A DNA stretch of 64,000 bases from Bispira polyomma (GCA_965649765.1 OZ287748.1:46314001-46378000), one strand, 5' to 3'. Shown: positions 1 through 14,519, numbered from the stretch's first letter. Notes: generated from the sequence alone by a model not told the origin. Program-made: numbers and translations.

Positions 1-510
1 GAAGCAATTGCAAGGATTACAGTAATGGCAAAACCTATGTTAGACAGAGAAAAAGCTTCAGCATGCAGATATAAGGCAGGCAGAATCCACAATGACACAT
101 GAAGCTGATTACAGGCTGCTTTGGGAGGTGCAGGGACAGAGGACCTAGAGATGCTATGTCTCTGCTTGTCACTTGCTATTTATCCTGCCTTGCATAGAAT
201 ACTAAGTGTGTGTCTGCTTTGGAGGAGGGGGGAGCTATCTGTTCAATAGAATGTAAAGTTTGGCACACAGCATTATTATACATGAAACACCAGCTTATGT
301 CACCCCTTCAGTTTTTCTTCTTTTTATTTTGTCGATTTTGTTTTTTGAACTAACACCAAAGAAGTCAATGAAATGGACTCTCTGTGACATAAAATGGTGA
401 AGCATGAAGTAAAAAGGTATTTTCTAAGCACAAGTGCGAATATTGAATTGTGATATCTTTCCTTATATGCATATTTTAAAGACTTTTTTCCTTTAAAAGC
501 CCTGTGAAAT

Positions 511-763
511 GGCGGTATTCTCCCAAAAATCTCAAGTTCAAATCAGACTCAAGCTCAACTGCCAACGTCTCCATATGTCTGGCTGGGGTGAACTTACATA
601 CAATCTGACTACATATTTAAATTAAGGGCTGAATACTCTCATTAAAAGAATGGTTCAAATGTACATAAAAGTTCTTTTCGCAATATATAAATGACTTCAA
701 CATAGCTTTCACTAAGTGAGTTAAATCTGAGTTTGAGCTAGAGGTTTTGGGAGAACTATGGCA
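511..763. mobile_element. PIF/Harbinger-like MITE
   Basis: GGCGGTATTCTCCCAAAAATCTCAAGTTCAAATCAGA is inverted to TCTGAGTTTGAGCTAGAGGTTTTGGGAGAACTATGGC. Confidence 0.55.
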
Positions 764-3291
764 TATATATTCAAACTAAAGCAAAAGGAAGAAGTTGATG
801 GGGTTAGCTTTCTAAGACATACTTCAATCAATATGACCTTTTCTCTTATGACGGTCTGAGAACCATTAAAGAACTTAAAGAAAACTTGCAAAACATCATC
901 CCTTTTATGTATCCCATTACGGCCGAAAACGGAGGAAAACACTAGCTGAGTAACTTCCAGAATGTTGACATAAATCTTGAAAAATGACTCCCAGTAAAGA
1001 TCACTGTACAAGTAGAAGGGAAGAAGGTAAATCTTATTTCTCCAGAGTATATGGTGGTATTTCAGCAGTATAGAGGGAGAGAGAGAGAAAAAATACCCTT
1101 CTTTATGGCAATTGCTCCTTTACAGTCCATGGCACAAGGCCTGATATAGGTGACACTCATCAGACATAGGCTTGAAATACACCAGTCAGGGATTCACATC
1201 TCTACACCCGTATTGGTGTCACCGCATGTTGCCCACAACAAATAGACTGTATACAAGTCAAACGTCCAACATCAGCAGGATTAGCTTCTAGTAATTATGC
1301 TAACTTCTACTTACACCTAATCTAAAACTAGTATTTTTAAATGCTGGGACCGGAAAACTGGTTCTAGTTAAAACTTTTCAGATAAATTTAACTCACACTG
1401 GTTATAGTGACTGAGAATCTACTGTACAAGTAAAAACTAGTGCTCACATGAACTTGCTCATGGTCTTGCTTCATTAAGTCAGGTGATTAAAAGGCAAGTG
1501 ACTTAAAGGCATGATTCTATTTTTGACAAAGCTATACATAATAAACTGCAAATACATGTACAGTATAACATGTACTTTATAAATTTGTTGGAAACGAAAG
1601 ATGTTTGTATAATGAAGGTTCCCACTGTATTGACTAATATTATCAGAATTATAGCAGTAGCATACACCAATATAATTATATGTATACGATACGGACACTA
1701 ACTCAAGAAATGTGTAATTCCAGGCTATATGCAATAGCCTTCCTAGAAATTGTCTTCACCTTCTCAAGGCAATATGTCACCTCGATTACCCACACAATAT
1801 CAAACCCTCATTTCTAAAGCCACTAAACCTTGAAAATTGAGACCCCAAGTTATTTTCGTAGCTCAGATTAAAAGCACAGGGTAAACTTACTCCGCCTCCC
1901 CCTCACTTTTCAAGAACATATCTATAAAAACAAGTTCAGCCATTTTCTCTGCTGTGTTGGAGGTGGAGTAGTTAGACTCCTTGCCAGAGAACTATTCCGG
2001 GGGTTTCATTAATGCTCAGACTTTCATTACCACATTATTCCCAGAGGTATGATAAAGCCATCATGGCCTGCCTGAATTTTTCATAAGACAGGGCTATTAC
2101 TGGTTAAGTGTCTCTGTTTATCATTAAGTAGCAAACCCAACAATTACTGCAGTAATTCTGCACTGTGTCCAAAAACGTACTCAGCACTTATCCTATTTCT
2201 GCTGATCAGTCAGCCCCTGCGTGAACATTCTCTGTTCACTCAGATGACAGTAATCAAATCAGATCTGTGCCTGCGAGTGAATTATATCGTCAAGGCTGTC
2301 TCCGTGTGTAGAGAGTCAGCATTCTCTACGGGAAACAACTGACCATATATATATGTCTACGGCTCTGACTTCACACCCAAAATAATCTGGTTGACAATAA
2401 TAATAATGGTCTAAAAAAACCCTGCTATAACAGCTACAGTTTGTTCTTGTGTTTCCACATTAACAAAAGCGCCGGCAAACACCCATTATAGAAACCAAGT
2501 GGTTTTTAGTGTTAGCATATTTCTACAGGGAAAAAGTATATTTCATTGGGTCACTTAAGTCATTTAGTATTGATACTATTATTACAGGAAGTACATGTAT
2601 ATATGTAAGGAAGTGGTGTATACCTAAATTATATATATGATACTGCTGGATCGAAAATCCTGGGTCAGCAAAATGTGCTTGTTTATTGAGCTTTTCTATT
2701 TATATCTTGTTTGATGACAAAAAGACTATATAACTAATATATGTGACTGTATCTTATTTGAATTATTGTTAGTTCAAGATTGTCCAATTACGACACCTGT
2801 GGACATCATGTGACACATATATATATATATATATATATTATATACTCTCTTTAATTAGAACTAGTACAAGTCAAATTTCCCTATAGCCAGAACCTTTATT
2901 TGGGTACCAATATTTATTAATGTTTTAAATTAGCAGAAGTTACCCATAATACACATCATGTAGATAGGGGGCATTTGATGAAAAACCTAAATATAATTCA
3001 TGTAACTATATGCTTGAGTTTAAACCTGTTTGAAGTATAAATGCATTATGTTGTTCAAGGAAGCTTATCAATATATTGAAGAAGCAAGTCGAGCAATAAA
3101 TGACATAGTGACAGCTGGCCAAACGATATTGAGATCACATGGCATCACATCAAATCTCTGTCAAAATCATTATGGTATCTATACCATAAATCAAGCCAGA
3201 ACAAAAGCATCTATATTATTCAATGCTACCTTTGAAAAGTTCAGGATAAAATCAACAACAGTGTTAACTGATTACATGCCCTGTTTATATA

Positions 3292-3463
3292 CAGTACAAC
3301 CTCTGTTATCCGAACATGTTGGGAGAGCAAGATTTTGTTTGGATAAGAGAAGGTTCATAAAATAGAAAAGGCCTTTAAGTGTAAAACAAGAGGAAAATAT
3401 AAGCTTGGGAGATTGAAAATATGTTCATAAAATTGAATATTCAGATAATAGAAGGTTTTACTG
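3292..3463. mobile_element. Family-B MITE copy
   Basis: TA|CAGTACAACCTCTGTTATCCGAAC ... AGATAATAGAAGGTTTTACTG. Confidence 0.8.
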
Positions 3464-5592
3464 GACTCTTATCTACAAACTTATCCCACTGGGCCAATAT
3501 ACTGTATATACATGTAGTTGGTAATTGTAATACTGTCACTGTAACATATTACCTAAAGTGGTAACTAATTTAAGCTAGCTGACTGAAGAGTTATGAGGCA
3601 GGAATTGTAACTTTCTCAAAATGTGATCTATTAGAACACTGGCATTTCTGTATTGAAAGGTAACGTTATAAGAGAACAATAATGCTGAACAAAATTTAAT
3701 TTTTCATTCACTGATCAATATGTATATGCCAATATGATAGTGGAGGAGCTATAAATATTGTTGATTAAATATGGCCACATGATAATATGTCAACTCTGGT
3801 TTGAAACTGTATATCAATATAATAACCACTAAGATAACCTTGAAGACATGGAAATTCTGATAGATCGAGGCTTTTCATATTCAAGCAATGCAAATTTCCA
3901 TTGTAGAAATTTCTACAAGTAAATGTTATACAATATAACCCTATTGTCTGAACATGTTTGGCCATAATTCCATATTGATCATAGTAAGACAATTATATAA
4001 CAAAGCAGCATTATAAAAGTTAACGAAAATATAAGATTGGAACGATGAAGTTCATATGGGCAACATGATCCAGAAGATATGTTCAGATCAAGTTCAGCTA
4101 ATAGAGGTTCTGCCTTATTGATTCACACTTTTTCAACTGTTCTCTTTTAAAATATTATTTATCCTGAGATTTGGTATTAATACCACAATGACAATGGCAA
4201 CGATTACTCACATAATATTGTTTGATTTTGACACTGCAGTAATTCTAATTACAGTGAACTCGTTGTAACTAAAACCAGTTGTAAGTTGAATTTCCCTATA
4301 ACTAGAACCAATGGTCAAAAATACTGACATTTAATTAATTATATGTAAAAGTTACCCACAAGTAGAACCAAATCCTGTGGATATTGGACATTCGAATTGT
4401 ACAGAGTCTACTGTATTACTATTACAAACGCCTACAGCAAATACTTGGCATAACAGAAATAGAATGTTTTTACAGGTGAAAAAAACAATTTCCAATCAAA
4501 TCTAGAAAGTAGTTAATAATGAAATTGTTTACATTTAACTTTATAAAGCTGAAGAAAAATAGATTGAGGTTGAAAGTGTGATAAATTTTTTTTATATCAT
4601 TGTCTAAAAAAATGGTAACGGTAACACTCTATTGTAAAATACAAAACCCCCCAAATACATGGGGTTTCACTCACTGAAATTACTTTTCTCGCCCGATGAA
4701 CCAGGTTAGGAAGCACAAAGCATGATGGATAGACTTGATTTGGGAACAATGTTTTCCCCCTGTCCATTAAGACAATTGGGGTACATGGGCTACGTAAGTA
4801 GCTGGCTTTTTAGAGCAACCTTGTCCAGATTTAATGAGTTAGCGTAAAGAGGGTAATGTCAAAAGGCGGGGTAGTCCATCAGAGGAATCTCCCATCCATC
4901 ATAGGCTGAAATCAGGAGTTACACACGACAACTACGCCCCTGGTCTATCTCCATATAAATAACACTGGCCCAATGATCTCAAACTTAGAGCATCTCTCAA
5001 AATAGAATAAAAGAAGGATATCAAATTGATACAGAGTAAGATGGCATATTATACCTTACTACTTATAGTTTACAATTAAAAGCTTCCAGTGCTGAGGTTA
5101 AACATAGAAGCAGATTTAGTAATGGTTGATCGCAGACGGGACGAATTTTTGAGCTGTAGTTTCAGTGTAGGAAAGTACTTCAAAAATGAAAAGTTCTCAT
5201 AATTGCAACTTCACAAGGTTATGATTTGTGACCTTGGTATTCGTCCCTTAACAAGGTTCCTATTTTCAACCGTTGTAATTTTGACTGACTGGAGACTAAA
5301 AAGCTTATAGCCTCATATCCTAGAGATTAATTGTTAATTGTTGCTAAGGAGAATAAATTCTGAATGAAAACATTAATTGCATTAACAAAATTACTTGTTT
5401 TCATATCCAATAACAATATCTGTGCTAGCCAATGTATAGCTATAATCAACAGAAAAATGATTAAAGAGAGAAAAAGCCCCCAAAAAGATAAAGAAGGTTG
5501 TTAACCTAACGATACTCCAACTGGTAAGGTTCAAACTAAGATGATCACAACCTTGCCAAACAAGTACAATTAAAGTTTCCTTTTGGACAGTG

Positions 5593-6166
5593 ATATTTTC
5601 TCGCGTCATTTCGACACCAGGCGCCGAATCGGCACCCCCTAGAATGGGTGCTGTTTCGACACCCAATCCCAGTGCTTACTTGGCGTGACCATTTTGACAC
5701 CCAAAGCATAAATGTTTAATATTTATTCTAATAAAATCACTATTTGTTGTTTGATTTTAACCAATGAGGTATCATTTTAAAATGTACAACACAAGGAACT
5801 GAAATATGTCATACTTACAACTGATGGATCCAACAAATACACAGAAAATCGCAATTAAAATGAATTTAATGAAATATAAATTAAATTTTTTTAGCTAGTT
5901 ATTAACATAAGTTTAACATCAATTTAGATAATAAACCAGCTATAATTATGTACTATTGAAATTTCTGTGTTTTAAGCTTCAAAATGATCTTTTATTGTTA
6001 ATATCAAGCAAGAAATTATGATTATATCAAATAAACCTGAAACATTTATTCTTTGGGTGTCAAAATGGCCACGCCAATTTAGCACCAATGCAAATATATG
6101 AGGGTGTCAAAACGGCCCCCTGGACGATTCGAAACGGTGAGGGTGTCGAAATGGCCCTCTAAAATA
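5593..6166. mobile_element. Foldback/Mutator-like palindromic non-autonomous element
   Basis: CATTTCGACACC / GGTGTCGAAATG ends. TTGGCGTGACCATTTTGACACCCAAAGCATAAATGTTT (5679-5717) is inverted to AAACATTTATTCTTTGGGTGTCAAAATGGCCACGCCAA (6039-6077). Inner arms are also complementary. TSD not resolved. Confidence 0.75.
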
Positions 6167-8574
6167 TTATGAAGGCAATATATGTATCATATTGCACAGT
6201 ATGCTAGATGTTATAGGTGGAAATTTTACAAAAGTGACCTGTGAATATGTGTTTGGATGTCAAATTGACTTTTGGAATACCTTATCTTACTCTGCCCAGA
6301 GAAACATATCAAATAGCAAGGTAACCATTACAGGCAAAAAACATCCCAATCCACCTTTTTTCATCTATTCACCTTTAAATTAAAATAGAGATGACCCTGC
6401 TAAAACCTAAAGTATGTAAACTATGATCACCGTAAACTAAACATCAGCATTGTGTGAGAGCCCACCGCAGTGTAAAGTACACAAATGTATCCCACACCTA
6501 GTGTACATAGAATATCGTTCCTTTGGGGTTTCTCTGCAAATTCCCTGAAAAAGTAATTTGATTGCTTAGTCAAGCAGAAACCCTTGAATGCTGGAGTGGA
6601 TCGAGTTCAATGGGATGATTCAACAAAGTGTTAAATATCACTACTTTCATATTTCTAACAGAAACAAGGATCAATTAATAACACCTTCAAGACACTGTGC
6701 TTCCAACTATCTTCGTTGATTCAAAAGAAATGGCAAGTTTTTTTTTGAAAGATCTATATATTCTATACTCTAATTACTAGCGTGTCTTAAATCAAGTGCA
6801 TATTATTCTTTCTGAAAAGTTGAGGTAATTGATTAAAAAATCATACAGATTCTACATTTAAACTCTCATTTACGTTTGTATGCTGTTCAGAAAATTAATA
6901 AAAGAAATCTATTCAGAAAAGACAAGTTAATTATGGCAATACAAAGTATGGGACACAAAGGAATATGTTTGATTTTTTGAAAACTTTGAATATGTGTCTT
7001 CTATTTTATGAAACAAGAGATGGGTGAACTCCCTACAAATTACAAACTAATTTATCAAGTATATATGATGCACATGTTTGCTTTTTTCAGCATAATTTAC
7101 AAAGGCGCTTATGATTCATCATGAAAGGCTTTAATAAAGCACCACAAACCACTTAAATTTAAAAAAAACAAACAGAATCTATATGCATCCTCTCTAAACA
7201 CATTTGTTTTCTGTGGTTGTTTAAAAAAAATGTTGTGAGAAATTTATAATAGGGGCTATGTGATTTTCCTTTTTCCATATTCTAGACCTAATTATCCATA
7301 TTTAAATAAAACCCGTACATTAGTCAGCACTATTATATTTCACCTCAGGGTACGATACTGATTCTGTTACATTAATATTCCAAAATATGACACCACAAAT
7401 ATTGTCTAACCAGTGTGTGCCATTTGCTGTTCCTCAATTTCAAAAACTGCCTATAATTTCCCCTAGGAAGTTAATGTCCAGGGTCCAAAACTGTGAAGTA
7501 ACCAAACCATTGCTGGCTATAATGTTCACAAATGCTGCCATATCTCAATTTAAGATTATCATTTACCATCATATGATGCTAGTTCTTTAATTTTAAACAT
7601 ATTACAAACTGCAATTAACTGTAACTAAATAAAGATATGAGAATATTTAATTTTACTGCGCAAACTGTACATTTTGCTGCAGGGTTTTTCACACCTTAAA
7701 CTCAATTTGGCCTTTTTTATATTTGACTTTATGCTCAACGGCTACATTTTGTAGCTTTAATAAACAATATGGTACATGTAACTTACAATTGAATACCCTG
7801 GGCTTTTATTTTGACTAATACAACATCACTACTAATTTTTATAAACCTTTCATGTCTAATTATTAGTGATAAAATTTTAAAAAGAAAAGTTTTTAATTCC
7901 TTAACTATTCATTTTTTTCTTTCATTGTCTGAAATAATGCTTTAAAGCCACAACCTTAACACAACCAGAAAAAATAATCTGACACAGCATATGTATGGGT
8001 TCAGGTGCCTGATATTTACATTCAGAACCCACATAAAGTATTATTATTATACCACAATCTCACATTTCAACAAAAAAAAATTGTACTCCACTGTGGGCCT
8101 GGGGCTAGGGATGTCAGAATAAATGCAAACATATGAGTTCACTTGTACCATGCACTGTGTATTTAAAAGGAGACTAGGATATAAACTCTGCTGAATAGAT
8201 AGTTTTTAAATGTATTAAATTGACAAAATTCTGTAAATTCGAAAAAAACGCATCCACAAAAAGTTCCATGCCAAAAATGAATGACACAGACTTCCTTATT
8301 TTTTCAGGTATACACTTCTGGCAGCAGAAAGTGGAAACTAAAAAAGCTACATGTACAAAACTTTCTACAGAAACACATACCTCTTATTTGCAAAAACAAT
8401 TGTCCTTACAAAAATTGTGACACTCTCAACAGTTTATGGGTGTGGTACAATCACCAGCTGTGTCATGCACTGAATCTAAAATTTACCCCATTTGGAAATA
8501 CATTGGGACTCCACTTAGTTTTGTGGAACAAAATACAATACAAATATATACAGTTAAATCCCTTTAAAAAGAAT

Positions 8575-8775
8575 GGGCCATGGTGGCCGCGTGGTTAAAA
8601 GTGCTTGCTTCAAAATCACTAGTCTCTCACCAATGTGGGTTCGAATCCTGTTCATGTGACAAAGTTTGTCAGGTACTTGATGTAGGTTGGTGGTTTACAG
8701 TGCTTCAGCACTGGTCTGTTCCACTTCTAAAATCTGGCCATCATCATATGACCTAAGCTTTTATAAGATCCAACT
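8575..8775 (+). mobile_element. tRNA-derived SINE, family 1 (inserted in a family-A MITE)
   Basis: Pol III A box TGGCCGCGTGG (8584-8594) and B box GGTTCGAATCC (8638-8648), followed by the body AAGTTTGTCAGG...GTAGGTTGGTGGTTT...CTGGCCATCATCATATGACC. Confidence 0.8.
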
Positions 8776-9504
8776 AAGTTTAACTAAATTTCTTTTGACA
8801 AGAACTCAATTTCACTTTTATGTGGAGAAAAATTTGTAGTTTTCTTCCTTGCAGTCTATCCTGGTATGTAGAAATCTTGCTTATGAGGTAGAGGTATTTC
8901 TCTTGTTCCCTTGGTACAAATATGATATAATGACTCTCACCTCAAAATTGTAACTTTGTGTTTGGGAGCTTTGGTTCCAAATGTTATGTAATGTTGTATT
9001 ATATGTCTGGCCATTAATGTATTATATGCAATTATGCATGCTTTGAATTTTGTTTTAAAGCACTTGAAAATTTCAACTCTAACAGCGATTTATTGAACAA
9101 AATTTCGCCATTTTGAATTTACAGTTGATACTGCTAAAGTCGAATTGCCCTTATTATGTTCCGGTGTCTATGTAGTGTTTACCTGGATTTGGATGGTGAG
9201 GAATGTCTTGGTGATCCCTGTTCACTAAGTGAAGTGTGTCGACTGCTTTGAGAAGGCTGAAACACACAAACACAAGCATAGAGATTAAAAAATTTATTTC
9301 TGTTGATTTTTTAATATTTTATTTTCACTAATCACATATGATTCTATTTTTAACTACACAAACACATAGGCATTCAGTGGAGTGCACACCTCTGCTTCTC
9401 AACATTTTAATGGACCCTTTATTGCCACATGCTCCACCAAATTGTGTAATCATGGTGGCAAACAAATGCACTAACCAATTAATGAATATATGTGACAAGT
9501 GTTG

Positions 9505-9668
9505 TGTTAAAAGAAAGACACAGGCGCGCAGTGTGAAATACACTAGCGTTGATATGGCTACTATATACTCAGGTCCTAAGCAGTGCATGATAACAATAAA
9601 TCTGACACACCTCAGTTGGTCTGGGTTGATTGCTTCCAACCAATCCATGAAGGCTTTACACATTTTAT
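9505..9668 (+). repeat. Unclassified dispersed repeat, three copies (9505-9668 on +; 15405-15575 and 18370-18535 inverted)
   Basis: CAGTGTGAAATACACTA.CGTTGATATGG..ACTATATA.TCAGG and GGTTGATTGCTT.CAACCAATCCA are shared by all three. Confidence 0.75.
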
Positions 9669-9889
9669 CAGATTAAAACATAATTAGCCTCCTTGACAGA
9701 GGTAATAACTTATAATCCCTGTATAAAGCAATGGTATGTAAAGTACATCTAGCCCAGTAAGCTACATAACCCCATAAATTAACTGGTATATCCTTAACTT
9801 TTATATCTCTAATTCCCAGTTTACAAAGAAAACTAGTGTACTGCTTTGCAAATGAAAGGAAATTGTTTTTGCACATCCCAATAAGACAT

Positions 9890-10443
9890 TGAGCAATTTT
9901 CTGCAGATACACTCCAAGCCCAAAATGCTGTCAAAATTGCTCTATCTGGCACCGTTTCCGAGACAAACGCAGAAATTCAAGTTGGCGGCCAAAAATGGCA
10001 AGAGAGCGATTTTTTAAAAAACTTAAAAAAAAAAAAAATTGCAAAAAAATACAAAAAAAAAAAAAATTGACTTTTTTGAAAATTTCAAGATTTTTTTTGA
10101 AAAATTGACTTTTTGAAAAATTTTAGAATTTTTCAAATTTTTTGACTTTTTAAAAAATTTTGACTCTTTTGAAAATTTTAGAGGTTTTTGGAAAATTTTA
10201 AAAATTTTGACTTTTCTGAAAATTTCTGAATTTTTTAAAAAATTTTCAGAAAAGTCAAAATTTTTAAAATTTTCCAAAAACGTAATGTGGATTCTCTTCA
10301 AATGTGGCACATGTATCCAGTAGCCCTTGGGCAAATCTTCAATATAGTGTCATCACATTTCGACCAATCAAATAAGTCGTATGACCGAAAATGCGTAAAT
10401 TTTTCTCCTATATAAAAACAAGCGCCCTTACGGAACGCTTAAT
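9890..10443 (+). mobile_element. Probable HINE/Helentron-type element with an A/T-tract low-complexity core
   Basis: AATTCAAGTTGGCGGCCAAAAATGGC motif, degenerate AAAATTTTGACTTTT repeats at 10010-10280, terminal AAGCG...CGCTT-AAT hairpin at 10420-10443. The left boundary is uncertain. Confidence 0.45.
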
Positions 10444-11986
10444 TACTTAATATTTTCTCTGAAAGAATAGCTCCATTTTAACTTTACTGACCAAGTTATT
10501 TAAATAAATTCTGTTGTCTTTTTTTTGGCATATATTTAAATTATTCAGGATAAAGCAGGGACTATGAAGAGAAGTTAGTCCCTCTCTTAAAGTTTAAAGG
10601 GGAAATGAGGCATATCAATAGACCATATATAGTCAACCCCCTTTAAGTAGAGCTCTGTGATAAGTGGAATTACCTGTTAAGTGGAAGTTATAAAGGTCAC
10701 ATTGCTATATTTCTTATTAAAATTTACTACCCTGTAAAGTAGAATTTTTGTTTAAGTGGATCACACTTTTATTCAAGATTCAAGTATACAGGATTCAACT
10801 GTACATGACACAAAACTGCTCACCAAATAGTAGTTTTAATGCTCATGAGTAACATACAATGTATAGGAAATTTCATTTTTTCCACTAGTGAGCAAGGGAA
10901 AAAGAATTTAGATTGCCCAAAAAAGTCTCTTTATGAGGAGTAGTATCCCTGTGTAACAATATAGTAGTTCTACTGACCTTGGTGAATATTACATTTCTTA
11001 CTTCACTTCCATAACATAAAGAGACACAATTTATTGTTTTATTATCACATGGAATATGCTACAGAGCTCTTGGGATTCACTTAATTGCTATTGCTTTATC
11101 TGGCTAAATATCCAGGAACTAGATCTGTTTGTGGAACTGTGTAATATGTTCATTTGGAATTTATTTTAGATTGCTTTTTTTGGTAAACGATTTGGACGGT
11201 GTGAATATTAATGTCAAGCACAAAATTTCAATTCTTTAAGTATTTAACAAATGGTAAAAAATTAAACTTAATTCCATTAAATTATAAAGAAAGGGTATAT
11301 TTGTTTATGAATATTTCAGTTAAATGTTCCACTGAGGCACTGACAGTAAACCAGTATTCTATTATGGTATTTATACTTGACACATTTCAAAATAAAGAAT
11401 TACTCATTGCCAAGTGTAAATTAGTTAATCAACAACTGATTACTTCAGAAATTAAACACCTTGATATTCATTTCATTTTAATAATGAGGAACGGCTGATT
11501 TTCAAAAGGAAAAGAAAATGGTCTAGGTACTTTTTGTTTAATGTGACTCATAAAAGTTTGATTTTAATATCCTTAAATAAAGATGTTATATGAACTACAT
11601 ATCTACAACAGATACTTCAAGTACAAGTATTTAAATTAAAGTCCTGATCATTTAGATATATATGTAAACATAAACCAGATAATACAGTAACCATATTCAT
11701 TTTCCCTGTATATCTACTGGGAGACCACACAGCAACAAAACCACAGGACTTGACTTTATAAAAGAGGTCATATGTTATCTAAAAATGGTTCTCATAGATC
11801 TCCACCAATACTTTTATACCTGATCTAGTCTGTGACGAGTTAGTTGTCAGAAGTATAAACCTTCTGGTTTGAGATAACCAATGTTCCTCTTTTAACAAAC
11901 AGATGTACATAGCCCAAAGGAAGAGACCACCTGTTGGTCTTTTTAGAGAGGTGATCTTTTAACACAACATAACATATGATATACAC

Positions 11987-12260
11987 AGGGTCATTTAAAT
12001 GCGCTTCCTCATGGACAGCCACTATGGGCACCGAGGCTTGAGGATGATCATTTATCAATGTCCCCAAGGACTTTAACCTTCCACTGGAGAAAGAAGTCAG
12101 TAACAGTTAGGTGGTAATCCAAGCCACTGGGCAAATATGTGTTTACATCTTGCACAAGGATGTTTTACCGCTAAATGAAACTAGCGGCCAGTACCAGGAG
12201 TCAAACCTGAGACTTTCTGATCACCAGACCAACTCCCTAAAACTACTAGACCACGGGGTC
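11987..12260 (-). mobile_element. tRNA-derived SINE, family 2
   Basis: Reverse complement GACCCCGTGGTCTAGTAG...GTTGGTCTGGTGATCAGAAAGTCTCAGGTTTGACTCCTGG followed by CORE-like CATCCTTGTGCAAGATGTAAACA. Homolog at 48130-48500. Confidence 0.7.
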
Positions 12261-12289
12261 GGTGGGGGGGGGGGGGGGGGATTTCAGGA

Positions 12290-12575
12290 TTTAATATTCC
12301 ATGAATGGAATAAACTTCCACTTTACATCAGATAGAAAGAGTCACTAAAAGATTTTAAAAAGGAACTCAACACTCACCTATTCAGAAAGTCCTATTAAAA
12401 ATTTTATGGGTTTTTTTTATTGCCCTACAGTAGAGTCCTGTAACTGATATGTTTTATATTTCATATTTAACCTATGATTAATACTGTTAAATAGTTTGAA
12501 TCGTAAAGCGCATAGAGCATGGTGTTTCATGGTTTTGCGCTATGTAAATTTTCCTACATACACACATACAATACA
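12290..12575 (+). mobile_element. 3' end of an L2/CR1-group LINE
   Basis: Reads WNKLPLYIR*KESLKDFKKELNTHLFRKSY*, the typical ORF2 C-terminus. Followed by the GTAAAGCGCATAGAGC...GCGCTATGTAAAT stem-loop and a CATA-type tail. Confidence 0.75.
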
Positions 12576-14272
12576 GGCAAACTGAAGCAATTCTTAGCCA
12601 GGCGATTTTTAAATGTGTAATCTGTATAGAAACATAATGTTTCTTCATTTGTATCAAGAATTATCTTGTGTCACATTAGTATCAAGGTATCATTGTTGAA
12701 GTCAATTAGTATCAATAGTGCTACATATTAGAGACTATGGGTTAAAAACAAGTGAACATGATGGAAGTATTGATGGATTTGTTCACAAAAATATTGGTTT
12801 AAAAGAAAAAAAATTCTTTAGGATATTCTATCACATTTGTTTTTAAGATTTAACTATTTCTTTGGCAGGTGGAGTTAGCAACACATTTACAGTGGTGGTA
12901 AAACGAATAAGTAGGTGCTTTGTGTTCAGTTTACAAGCTTTCACTGCTAAAACAGGAGGGTCACATATTTTGTACTAATGGCGTTATAACTTATGGCCAC
13001 ATACAGTTCTGGCTAGCTTTTATGTGAAGGACAAATGGCACTGCAGATGTATAGCTAATCATAACAAGAAACAATCCAGAACATGACAATTATATCAGGT
13101 CAAATGGGTGTAGCAATGTCAAGTCAGTGCAGACAGTATGTGATAAAAAATTTCCAATGTCATAAATCCTATTTTTCAATACGATATAGCATTTTAAACT
13201 GTTAGTTTTTTTTTTAAATAACAGACCAACAAATTGATTAACTGATTATAGTTAAATTTTTTCAAATTATTATGAATAACGCAGCTTTTTCATTAACAAA
13301 AGCACTGGCTCCATGAAACTGAACTTAATTAATTTCAAGTCCAATACACTAATGACAAAACTGTTTTTAACAAGTCATGTGTTGCATGACTTATTATTAT
13401 TATTATCAACTGATAATTTATACCACTGCTATAGGTACATTGTGTATATATTACACTGCTCTACAAAAGTTTGTTAGCACTTTGCTCAACAGGTGCTTTC
13501 AATCATTTTTTGTGGTTCGTATCGTATGACAGTCACAAACTGATACATGGATAAATAGGTTAATATTGTTCTCACTTCTATAGAAAAACACTTCCATAAC
13601 TGCATGAGCAAAAAACATTATTGGAATACAATATTCCTGTTCAAAAATTGTCTCCAAATCTGTGAAAAACAAATATGGAACTGCCACTATGCCAACATAA
13701 TATTGAAAGATTTCTTCTTAAATTTTATTTGAGTTGAGTAAAAAAAGAGAAGCATTCTGTTGTAACTAGGAGCTCGCATTTACAAAATCCATCTGGCACT
13801 TTAGTTTAGTAAACTCCAAAGGAAGTCAATAGACAACAATATGAACAGGTTATCCAATGACTGCCAGATATATTTAGTACAGCTTTTAACCAGACGTTTA
13901 AAACAACATATACTGACAGCCTTATTAACATGACTTGTATGACATCACAGTAAACTCAACAGTACGATATACTGTTACTCAATGTTAATTAAGTTAGAGT
14001 AAGCCCTTATTTCCATATAGCCAATTCGACAAAGATCGGTCGTTGGGTATCGGCAGTCTGCTGAATGGAAACATAGGATAAATTATCTTTGCAAACTAGC
14101 ACAAGGCAAGTAAGTGCAAGACGGGTTTACTTTTGAAAAACTGAAGTATATGTTCTGAAGTATATGTTCCATATTACAAGAGGTAAGTTAAAGTACATAT
14201 AGAGACGAAAGCAGCGAATATGTTCAAATAAAATTTCTTGTTCTGGCCTTGCAAACCATCATACTATATATA

Positions 14273-14431
14273 CAGTTGAACCCATTTTAAGTTAAACCTC
14301 AAGGTACCAAGAGAAATAGCTCCACTTAACAGGGTCGATTTTAAAGGAGAATACATTTGTGGGATTACAAATTTTTCTCTACATAAAGGGGAAATCGACT
14401 TAAGAGAGATTTACTTAAAGGGGCTTGACTG
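14273..14431. mobile_element. MITE family A (TA|CAGTYRAACCCCTTTAAG...CTTAAAGGGGTTYRACTG|TA, ~160-180 bp), representative copy
   Basis: Other copies at about 8551-8920, 10630-10801, 17747-18239, 23384-23552, 24745-24885, 24886-25053, 25926-26089, 34545-34723, 38628-38794, 41093-41250, 45629-45805, 46776-47023, 52045-52220. TIRs plus TA flanks are of Tc1/mariner-pogo type. Confidence 0.85.
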
Positions 14432-14519
14432 CAGGAAATATGTATGTGCATATTATACTTATGTGTGTATATCATAACAGTGTGTCGATTTGCCTCCCCT
14501 ATGCTCGCCTCTTACAGGT

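Noticed and set aside
8575-8655. tRNA gene
   Set aside because: A and B boxes are present, but there is no complete cloverleaf and the sequence continues into a SINE body shared with 50961-51160.
10023-10334. 103-aa K/F-rich ORF
   Set aside because: Translation of A/T-tract low-complexity DNA.
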